Source of the DNA: Candidatus Portnoybacteria bacterium
Lineage (GTDB): Bacteria; Patescibacteriota; Minisyncoccia; Portnoybacterales; GWB1-42-6
Length of the DNA stretch: 64,000 bases
Assembly (NCBI GenBank): GCA_028688325.1
Contig: JAQTYI010000002.1
Coordinates: forward strand, 161,284 to 225,283
Direction: 5' to 3'
Made by a program: the position numbers and the translations under genes. Under the pieces are notes generated by a model that made no database searches, was not told where the DNA came from, and saw nothing but the letters and a program-made list of their open reading frames with translations. Positions 56,387-64,000 of this stretch are shown one piece after another (the first letter of the stretch is position 1; every line of letters begins with the position of its first letter).

Positions 56387-57541
56387 CTACAAAGCCCGGC
56401 CGTCAATGTTCGAATAGACCCCGGCAGTTTCTTCCGCCATCTTGCGCCAAGAGTATTTTTTGATTCGCTCAAAGCCCTGCGCGATGAGTTTTTGGCGTAA
56501 ATTTTCGTCGGTTAAAACTTCGTTGATCTTTTGCGCTATATCGCTGGGATTTTGCGCATCAAAATAATGCGTGGTTTCTCCCAGAATTTCAGGCAGACAA
56601 GTGGCGCTCGACGAGACTACCGGCGCGCCATAAGCCATGGCCTCAAGCGGCGGCAAGCCAAACCCTTCGCAAAGCGACGGAAAAACATACGCTTTGGCGT
56701 TTTGATACAAGGCTTCAAGCTCTTTATCGGGCACGAAGCCGGCAAAAACAACCCCGCCGCCAAAACATATTCCATCGCTGTCGCAATTTTCTTGTTTCAG
56801 TTTTTTATAAAAATAATCCTCGCCGCCGACCAGAACCAGTTCTAGCTCTACATAATTTTTATTCCGTAATATTTTAAAAGCTTCGGCCAGGCGCAGCAAG
56901 TTTTTATGCGGATAGGCATTGCCCACATAAAGCAAGTAAGGTTTTTTAATCTTATATTTTTCTAAAACTCCCCTGCTATCGGCCGTTGGTCCTTTGCTAT
57001 TATCTAAAATCGGCACTCCCTCATAAATTACTCTCACTTTTTCTTCGGGCGCGCCAAACGACCTGATAATGTCATCTTTCACAAATTGCGAAACCGCGAT
57101 GATCTTTTCAGCCCGCGCCAAAACCAAAGAAATCACGATTTTATAGCCGATGCTTTTAAAAAAATATTTAAACCGCCCGAATAACGAGTTCTTGGCGGTT
57201 GGGAATTTCTGCAATATCAAGTCGTGGATCGTCACGACATACGGCTTAAAATAGAGCACCGGCGCGTTAAAATGCGTAAAATGCATCAAGTCAATTTTTT
57301 GGGCATAAATTTTAAAAGGAAAAAATAGCTGCTCGACCAACGAATACCAGCGATAGTCAGCCAACACTTTTTTAAAACGCTGGTTTTTCGGCTGCCATGC
57401 CTTAAAATCAGCCCGCTGCAAAAAAACCGTGTAATCGTTTTGATCATCGTTTTTTTCCAGTTCTTCTATCAATTTTTGCGCATATCGGCCGAGCCCCTTG
57501 GCTTTGGGGCCGAAAAACCGCGCGTCGATGCCGATTCTCAT
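56387..57541 (-). CDS. Glycosyltransferase family 4 (mannosyltransferase-like)
   Basis: MRIGIDAR, TIHDL, VGNAYPHKN, EGFGLPPLEAMA.G.PV. Confidence 0.93.
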   Translation of the reverse strand: MRIGIDARFFGPKAKGLGRYAQKLIEELEKNDDQNDYTVFLQRADFKAWQPKNQRFKKVLADYRWYSLVEQLFFPFKIYAQKIDLMHFTHFNAPVLYFKPYVVTIHDLILQKFPTAKNSLFGRFKYFFKSIGYKIVISLVLARAEKIIAVSQFVKDDIIRSFGAPEEKVRVIYEGVPILDNSKGPTADSRGVLEKYKIKKPYLLYVGNAYPHKNLLRLAEAFKILRNKNYVELELVLVGGEDYFYKKLKQENCDSDGICFGGGVVFAGFVPDKELEALYQNAKAYVFPSLCEGFGLPPLEAMAYGAPVVSSSATCLPEILGETTHYFDAQNPSDIAQKINEVLTDENLRQKLIAQGFERIKKYSWRKMAEETAGVYSNIDGRAL

Positions 57542-57553
57542 GGCTTTTAACTG

Positions 57554-58708
57554 TTAGCTTTTAGTTAAAAATTCCAGCGTCTCCTTTGCGCATTTATCCC
57601 AAGAAAAATTTTTCACGCGCTCCAAGCCATTGGCAATCAAATCGTTCTTTAAATTATCATCCCGTAAAACCTCTTTCATCGCCCAGGCGATTTCATCATA
57701 ATTATACGGATCAACCATCAAAGCGCTATCGCCCACCACTTCCGGAAAAGACGAGGTATGCGAAGTGATGGTTGGCACGCCACAAGCCATCGCTTCAAGC
57801 GGCGGAAAGCCGAATCCCTCAAAAAAACTCGGGTAAACAAAAAGCGACGCCAGGTTGAAAAGCCGGGGTTTATCCTGCGGTTCCACAAACCCTAAGAATT
57901 TTATGTCTTTGGCATAAGGCGATTTTTTGGCCGCCGCGAAGATCTCATCGCAAAGCCACCCTTTGCTGCCCGCCAGAACCAAAGTCGGCACCAAATTCAC
58001 GCAGTCCGACTGCGTGAATTTGGTGCGAAAAATATTATAGGCCTCAATAAGCCCAACCAGATTTTTTCTCGGCTCGATGGTGCCAAAATATAAGATGAAA
58101 CTTTCGGGCAGGCCGTATTTTTGCGCTACGCCTCGGCAGTTTTCGTTCGTTATTTTTTTAAATTCCCGACCGATGCCGGAATAAATAACTTTGATCTTTT
58201 CTTCCGGCGCGCCATATAGATCTATCAGGTCATTTTTGGTGGAGCCGGAAACGGCGATTATTTTTTGCGCTTCACGCGTTCGCGCCCGGGGCGCCAGCGA
58301 AGCGTGCCAAAATCGTTTGCGCCAAGAGAAAAATTCCGGGAAATATTCAAATGACAGATCGTGAAAAGTAATAACTTTTTTGCAATCCTTGCTCACTGGC
58401 GCCAATAAAAAATGCGGCGCGAAAAATACATCGCAGCCGCCCAGCAATTTGTCTATTTTGGGCAATCTAAAGAATTTCGCCGCCGGATCAAAAACAAAAC
58501 GGTTGGGAAGGTGAAATTTTTTTAACTCCACATTGGGCAACTTCAGCCAATCATTATTCAGCTCCGCCTGATTAAAGGCATTATAAAAAAGCTTGAATTT
58601 GATGCTTTCATCCAAAGATAAAAGACGGGACAGAAGATTTATGGTATATTCTTCTATCCCGCTGCGCGTTCCTTTTGCCAAAACTCTTAGGTCTATCCCG
58701 ATTGTCAT
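57554..58708 (-). CDS. Glycosyltransferase family 4 (mannosyltransferase-like)
   Basis: [30 protein letters not shown]; contains in-frame palindrome (TQSDCV). Confidence 0.93.
   Translation of the reverse strand: MTIGIDLRVLAKGTRSGIEEYTINLLSRLLSLDESIKFKLFYNAFNQAELNNDWLKLPNVELKKFHLPNRFVFDPAAKFFRLPKIDKLLGGCDVFFAPHFLLAPVSKDCKKVITFHDLSFEYFPEFFSWRKRFWHASLAPRARTREAQKIIAVSGSTKNDLIDLYGAPEEKIKVIYSGIGREFKKITNENCRGVAQKYGLPESFILYFGTIEPRKNLVGLIEAYNIFRTKFTQSDCVNLVPTLVLAGSKGWLCDEIFAAAKKSPYAKDIKFLGFVEPQDKPRLFNLASLFVYPSFFEGFGFPPLEAMACGVPTITSHTSSFPEVVGDSALMVDPYNYDEIAWAMKEVLRDDNLKNDLIANGLERVKNFSWDKCAKETLEFLTKS
57988..58026. repeat. 39-bp palindrome in-frame in GT4
   Basis: GCACCAAATTCACGCAGTC C GACTGCGTGAATTTGGTGC. 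Confidence 0.88.
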
Positions 58709-58718
58709 AAAGTAAACT

Positions 58719-59309
58719 CTATTCGCTAAAATATTCCTTCCCCGTTTTTACAAAAAATCCGAAGATCAAACCGATGAAAAATCCGATCGCGACATTCTGC
58801 CAAATATCGCCGGAATTAGCAATGATAACCGGCTCCCCGCCGATAACAGAAAAAGGCACACCCCGGCCGGAGGTTGAGCTCAGCAGATTTGCCTTATCGC
58901 CCGCCACGCCGATTATGGCATAGCTTGCGGTTTTGGCCTCATCAATGCTGCCCGCCGAGAAACGCACCTCTACTGTCGCCGGTGAAATCTTCACGGCCTG
59001 GAATCTCCGGCTCAGGCCGGCCAGATTTTGGGAACCAGGATCCAAACCGGCGTTTTTATAGATCGCCTGCGCCATTTCCGGCGTCTTAAACCACCCCGCA
59101 ACCGCGCTGCCGAATTCGTCCGATGCCTTAAGCGCATAATAGCTGTCATATTTGTAATCAACGGCATTTTGCGTCCCCGCGCGGGAAATGGTCAAAGACA
59201 GCGACACGCTGAATTTATTCCCGCCTTGCCAGGTAAAAATCCCGGCAGCCAAGGCGACCAGCGCCGCAAACACCAAAATCCACTTATATTCTTCAAAATG
59301 TTTTTTCAT
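58719..59309 (-). CDS. Polysaccharide chain-length regulator (Wzz/CpsC-like)
   Basis: N- and C-terminal TM helices, G..IGL..G C-terminal motif; upstream of GTs. Confidence 0.6.
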   Translation of the reverse strand: MKKHFEEYKWILVFAALVALAAGIFTWQGGNKFSVSLSLTISRAGTQNAVDYKYDSYYALKASDEFGSAVAGWFKTPEMAQAIYKNAGLDPGSQNLAGLSRRFQAVKISPATVEVRFSAGSIDEAKTASYAIIGVAGDKANLLSSTSGRGVPFSVIGGEPVIIANSGDIWQNVAIGFFIGLIFGFFVKTGKEYFSE

Positions 59310-59417
59310 GACTCTATTTATAATTATAATAATAGACCCGCCCCATACCTGAATTATACACAAAACCGGCAAAAATCAAAGCCCGCCGGCATCGCGCCAA
59401 ACGGGCCTTGGTAGCAG

Positions 59418-59479
59418 ATAAATAAAACACAAACATCCTTACATACTTGAGAATGTAAGGATGTTTGTGTTTTATTTAT
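59418..59479. repeat. 27-bp perfect-stem hairpin overlapping a stop codon
   Basis: ATAAATAAAACACAAACATCCTTACAT-8 nt-ATGTAAGGATGTTTGTGTTTTATTTAT. Confidence 0.85.
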
Positions 59480-62400
59480 TCCACTGTCACATTTTCTTGC
59501 GTTACTGTCGCGCCGTCTTTAATGTCCAAAATTGGCCCATTATAATATAAATAGCTAGTCGTGTCGCGGCTGTATCCGCCATACTTGAATTTAATAAATT
59601 TCAAAGTTGCCTGGCTGCCGCCGGCAAATATAATATTTCTCCATTCGCCCCTTGCAAGATTCGGCTCGCTGACCAGACCGTCGTTGTTGGTGTCACCGCC
59701 TGAAGAATCATCCTTAAAAGATGTAAAAATAATTAAGGTGGAAGACGACTGGCCGTCAGCTACCAAATTTCCGTCAATTTTCAAGGATGGATAAAGCGGG
59801 CAGGCCGCCTTAATCACTGCACCCGGCTCAATGGTCAAAGTGGAACTGGCGGTTACTGTTGGATATTGTGTCCCGATATCAGACCGCAGAATGTAGACAA
59901 TTTCTCGCTGCCAAGTCGTATTTTTTGATAAAACCGTGCGCTCGCTGACATTAACGCCGTTGAAAGAGTTGTTAATCAAATTGTTGCCGGAAAAAACCGG
60001 ATAGGCGCTTTCCAGCCAAACAGCGAATTGAAAACCGGAAATATCATTTGACTCGATCGCCGGCCGGTTTTGATTTTCAATCCTTATCGCCGTGCCGGTA
60101 TTTGCCGAGTTTCTGAAGGTATTGTTTTTAACGATTGGTGCAGACGAGCCAGTAAGATATAAAGCGGTGTCGTTATCCAAAAATTGGGAATCGGACAAAG
60201 TCAAATCGGAGCCGGTTAGCTCCAGGCCGCGGCCTTGAATATTGCGGAAAATGCAGTTATTAATATCTACTTTGGCGCCGTTAACCGCAACCGCCGGAAA
60301 ATTATTGTTGAACGGCGATCGGTACCCGCCGTATTCAAAAGTTACAAAAGACAGCTCGGAATTCAAGGAATCAGGTGCAAAATACAATCCCGTTCCCCAG
60401 TCGCCCGCTTGCGGCGCGACGCTGTTTGAGGTGAATAAAATCGGATTACCGCTCGTGCCTACGGCTTTTACGGCCCCCTTAACATATAAGGAATAAAGGG
60501 TCGCGCTTAATGGCTTTATTGTCGCGCCGGGCTCAATGGTTAAAGTGGCGCCCGCCGACACCATGGGAGATGCCTCATTGGAAGAATATAAAACATAAGG
60601 AGAACCCGCCTTGCCCCAAACGGTATTTTTGGAAATAATCGTATTGTCTCTTACCATGCTGCCGGCGGAAACATTTAGAGCATCGTTTTGGGCATTCGGA
60701 GTGCCGCCGGCAGCCGAAGTGCCCCAGGCCAAAATAAAATCGGAATAAACGCTATTATAATTTATCCTTTCCAAGGAATTGCCATTATCATTGGTGCTCC
60801 TCCAGCTATTTGAATAATTAACTCTGTCAACTATGCTGCCGGCGGCGTTTTTTAGAATTAAATCGTTGCTTAAATTAGTCAAAGATAATGAAGCGGCGCC
60901 ATTTAGAGTTAAGCGAAGATGAGCTTGATCGGACGATGGGATTGCATAATAAGCACCGTCGTAAATTGATGGCGTGGAAGTGCTTTCTGTTCTGTCCGCC
61001 AATAACGCAAAACCGCCAGAAGCAATGACCGTTGAAGAACCGTTATGAATCGTATCGGCGATGACAACATGTTCGCGGCCGTCGGAAACAAATTTCCAGT
61101 TAGCCAAATCTATCGCTATCGGGGAACGATTGTACAGCTCGACATATTCGTAATAGCTGTCCGACCCGGGATTGGGGTCATACATTATCTCGTTAAAAAT
61201 TATCGGTTTTATCGAAACCGGCGCCTGAATTTCTTGCCAAACGCTCGCTTGGCCGGCTGAGTCAACCGCCCGGGCGCGGAAATAATAAACGATATTGTCG
61301 AGATTTGACTGAAAAGATTTTGAAGTGGTGATTGTGGCCATGGCCCAGCTCTGCCAGGCACCCTGTTCGCCTATTTTATATTGCACATCATAATAGCCGA
61401 TATCCGTTGATGAACTGCTCCAGTTTACAGTAAAATCTATATTCATCAGATCATAGCCGGAAAGATCAATGGTTGCTTCCGGCGCAAAATCAATTCTCCA
61501 AGAATATTCGGTTGAAGTGGCGTTGCGGTTGCCGGCCGCGTCCGCGGCTCCAACCTTAAAAGCATGGCTGCCTTCGGCCAAATTGATATATTCTTGCGGC
61601 GAGGAACAATCGGTTGAGCTCGCGTTATCCAACTGGCAGGAAAAAGTTGAATCGCTTTCCGAGGAATTGAATTCAAAAATCGCCGTTGTTGTAGATGCTA
61701 TGCTTTCCGGCTTAACCGTAATCATTGTTTCCGGCGCCGTAGTATCCGGCGTTGAAGTTGCGGTTGAAGTGGCTGTCGGCGACGAAGATAGTGTTGACGA
61801 AAAATTGGACCCGCCGCCGGAAACAGCAACGGAAGGACTCGGATCCGGCATTTGCGCCCGGCTTGGAACCATTTCTTCGATGATCGCAGACGGAATTTCG
61901 CTGTCCTGAGGCGTTGTTTCTTCAATTATCCCCCCTTCTGCTTTTTCCTGCGCCGCAACAGCGCTTGGCGGCAATTGCGCCGCAGCTTTTTCTTCGGCCA
62001 CAATCGTGTTTAACGGCAAAGACGCGGCCGGCGGCAACGATTCCGGCAATACCGGCAATACTGAATTTTTCGGCGCCTCGCCATCCCCGCCAACAGGCGG
62101 GGCCGCGCTCGGCGCCGCATCCACTATAACCCCAGCATACAGCGGCCCGACCTTTGTCAATGACTGATTGGCTTTGTCTTTTAATTTTTGCCACCAGCTT
62201 TTATTATCATATTCCCGCTTGGTCTTTTCCGCTTCATCAAAAAATAATTTCACCGCCCCCGCGCCATAAGATACGGCTTTGGGAGCAAGAAGAGAAAAAT
62301 AGTCGGAGTGGACAGATATTGTATTTGATAAATCCATTAAGTAATGGGTATCACCAAATTTAGATTTTTTATATATTACTAAACAAATTCTATTATCTCC

Positions 62401-63129
62401 AATCTCCTTCTCTATGCATTCATAATTTACACCGTCTTTTATCTTTTCGACTTTTTTTAAACCCAATAAGTAATTTTCCCTAATTGTGTCTCTACTCAAA
62501 AAATTATTACTTGAATAACTCGCCAAATCATCAAAAGCCATATTAATATCACTAATCACTACAGGTACCACATTAAAATTTATGGACGAGCTAATTTTGT
62601 CAACCGCCCATTTTTCATAAGGATCTCCCTCCGGATGCGCGTCCAATCGCGTATGTGCCGGCACAGTTGCATCTTCCAATAAATGTACCACATGTCCAAG
62701 CGCGAAAAATGCTTCTTGGTTATTGCCTTTTACATAGCTATCAATCGCCTTCTGCCAGGTCTGGTTTCCCCCGCTGAGTATAAAAGACGATAACGCTTGG
62801 TAATTAGGGCTTTTCGCCCAATTCTTGGAGTTCATCATACTGCCAAGGCCCATATCGCTTTCCGGATTATAAAAATGATTCAGCCAGCGCGGCGCTAAAT
62901 CTTCTTTTATGCTCCCTTGTTTTAACCATTCTATTTCTTCATTGCTCAATTTGCGGTCAAAATTGGCATTATAAATTTTAGCTACATTATCCGTTAAAGA
63001 CGGGTGCGTAATATCATCATTATACGAAAAAGCTCGGTTGCAAAACGCAACCGAGCCGGCAAATATTGTCGTTAAAATTAATAGAGCTAAAACTTCCTTT
63101 TTATTCGAGACCATCACCCTTGATGTCAT
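59476..63129 (-). CDS. Large secreted multidomain protein: phospholipase C/P1-nuclease-like, Ig/FN3, lamin-tail and beta-helix domains
   Basis: Signal peptide; TH..LT, ED......NHFY.P, LGH..HLLED..VPAH; YYFRARAVD.AG; NEIMYDP....EYVELYN; TLTIEPG repeats. Start may be 63114. Confidence 0.8.
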   Translation of the reverse strand: MTSRVMVSNKKEVLALLILTTIFAGSVAFCNRAFSYNDDITHPSLTDNVAKIYNANFDRKLSNEEIEWLKQGSIKEDLAPRWLNHFYNPESDMGLGSMMNSKNWAKSPNYQALSSFILSGGNQTWQKAIDSYVKGNNQEAFFALGHVVHLLEDATVPAHTRLDAHPEGDPYEKWAVDKISSSINFNVVPVVISDINMAFDDLASYSSNNFLSRDTIRENYLLGLKKVEKIKDGVNYECIEKEIGDNRICLVIYKKSKFGDTHYLMDLSNTISVHSDYFSLLAPKAVSYGAGAVKLFFDEAEKTKREYDNKSWWQKLKDKANQSLTKVGPLYAGVIVDAAPSAAPPVGGDGEAPKNSVLPVLPESLPPAASLPLNTIVAEEKAAAQLPPSAVAAQEKAEGGIIEETTPQDSEIPSAIIEEMVPSRAQMPDPSPSVAVSGGGSNFSSTLSSSPTATSTATSTPDTTAPETMITVKPESIASTTTAIFEFNSSESDSTFSCQLDNASSTDCSSPQEYINLAEGSHAFKVGAADAAGNRNATSTEYSWRIDFAPEATIDLSGYDLMNIDFTVNWSSSSTDIGYYDVQYKIGEQGAWQSWAMATITTSKSFQSNLDNIVYYFRARAVDSAGQASVWQEIQAPVSIKPIIFNEIMYDPNPGSDSYYEYVELYNRSPIAIDLANWKFVSDGREHVVIADTIHNGSSTVIASGGFALLADRTESTSTPSIYDGAYYAIPSSDQAHLRLTLNGAASLSLTNLSNDLILKNAAGSIVDRVNYSNSWRSTNDNGNSLERINYNSVYSDFILAWGTSAAGGTPNAQNDALNVSAGSMVRDNTIISKNTVWGKAGSPYVLYSSNEASPMVSAGATLTIEPGATIKPLSATLYSLYVKGAVKAVGTSGNPILFTSNSVAPQAGDWGTGLYFAPDSLNSELSFVTFEYGGYRSPFNNNFPAVAVNGAKVDINNCIFRNIQGRGLELTGSDLTLSDSQFLDNDTALYLTGSSAPIVKNNTFRNSANTGTAIRIENQNRPAIESNDISGFQFAVWLESAYPVFSGNNLINNSFNGVNVSERTVLSKNTTWQREIVYILRSDIGTQYPTVTASSTLTIEPGAVIKAACPLYPSLKIDGNLVADGQSSSTLIIFTSFKDDSSGGDTNNDGLVSEPNLARGEWRNIIFAGGSQATLKFIKFKYGGYSRDTTSYLYYNGPILDIKDGATVTQENVTVE

Positions 63130-63213
63130 CCCGGGCTTGACCCGGGATCCATGCTCTGGATTCCCGCTTTCGCTCGCCTCGCTGGAGCTTCGGCGAAGCG
63201 GGCGGGAATGACA
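63124..63213. repeat. TGTCAT-family element with a second repeat family nested in its arm
   Basis: TGTCATCCCGGGCTTGACCCGGGATCCA...GGATTCCCGCTTT[CGCTCGCCTCG..CTTCGGCGAAGCGG]GCGGGAATGACA. Confidence 0.85.
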
Positions 63214-63241
63214 AATTTAGTTTTTTTGGTATTCCTCACTT

Positions 63242-63760
63242 TTACAAACTATCCATCTTCCAGTCACCATTGGCATCTTTAATAAAATTTATTGGATAGT
63301 TGGTATTTTTATTATTTTCTTTGTCTGCAAAATAATATTGTGCTATTGATTCATACATATAACTCTTATTTAGTTTATCTAAATATAATTCGGATAAACT
63401 AACAAATTTTTCTTCTTTATACGCTTTTTCTATAGATAATTTATTCTCATTATATTTTTCACCATCCTTCGCCAACTGCTCCAACGCCACCTCTAAATTA
63501 TTCGTCCTCAATGCCTCGCGGAATTTAGCATAGGTTTGTTCGGGTGTGATGCGCGTAGGCACATCTGCGTATCTGATCTGCGGATACAGCTTATTTAACT
63601 CCTCCTGCGAATAGTCCCGCCAAGGGAACTTATCACTGGACAAGCCCGCCTGGATTTTCAACTGCTTGGTCGGCCACCAGGCCTTATAAAAATAAAAACC
63701 GCCTAAAAAAGCGGCCAACATCACCAAAATTACCACTGCCCATATTATCTTTTTGTTCAT
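63242..63760 (-). CDS. Membrane-anchored hypothetical protein (possible NTF2-like C-terminus)
   Basis: N-terminal TM; TPEQTY..F..AL....., I.F.KD.NG.WK tail; AT-rich. Confidence 0.7.
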   Translation of the reverse strand: MNKKIIWAVVILVMLAAFLGGFYFYKAWWPTKQLKIQAGLSSDKFPWRDYSQEELNKLYPQIRYADVPTRITPEQTYAKFREALRTNNLEVALEQLAKDGEKYNENKLSIEKAYKEEKFVSLSELYLDKLNKSYMYESIAQYYFADKENNKNTNYPINFIKDANGDWKMDSL

Positions 63761-63911
63761 ATTCTTATTTTTATTTTTGTTATTTTTTTAAAAAATAAAC
63801 CACCCCTTAAAAATAAGGGCTGGTTATGATTGGATTCTGTTTTTAGTATAAAAAACCCTGCCCAAACCGTCAAACCGCCTAATGTGGATAACTTTCCGGC
63901 CCCAACATAAA

Positions 63912-63943
63912 CTATTCTCAAATTCTTAAGAATTTGAGAATAG
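63912..63943. repeat. Perfect 32-bp palindrome
   Basis: CTATTCTCAAATTCTT|AAGAATTTGAGAATAG. Confidence 0.88.
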
Positions 63944-64000
63944 ATATATAAATATTGGTTGCAAAAAAATAGAACGGCTATATGTTCTTATGCTTCCTTG

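Noticed and set aside
63883-63891. Perfect DnaA box TGTGGATAA as oriC
   Set aside because: A single box at the window edge with no dnaA gene or box cluster visible; insufficient.

Overview
A bacterial chromosomal segment with almost all genes on the minus strand. Its gene content and style (DUF4012, DUF5667+ECF sigma, PaaX/Cas2-like regulator, four-helix-bundle genes, few Shine-Dalgarno sites) suggest a CPR/Patescibacteria, Parcubacteria-like genome (inference). It holds two surface-glycan clusters (GT4s, GtrA, B12-radical SAM, UGDH-epimerase fusion, two O-antigen-ligase/TPR proteins, galU, UDP-GlcA decarboxylase, Wzz-like), a 1189-aa S-layer-like protein, clpB, iscS/iscU, a CHASE2 cyclase with FecR, a sugar-salvage group, ftsEX, frameshifted prfB, lepA, murJ and three tRNAs. 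The most notable signals are five. (1) An orphan gene at 51338-52057 whose 3' end looks like a diversity-generating-retroelement variable region, with a downstream GC hairpin but no RT or template repeat in the window. (2) Several families of short palindromic elements found both between genes and in-frame inside proteins, sometimes nested in each other. (3) Inverted heptamer-repeat modules between genes, either empty or carrying a small cargo gene. (4) An identical 152-bp structured element upstream of both ftsE and ftsX. (5) An intact tRNA-Thr bracketed by an inverted repeat inside a decayed tRNA-like shell. All calls come from reading motifs by eye; no database searches were run.
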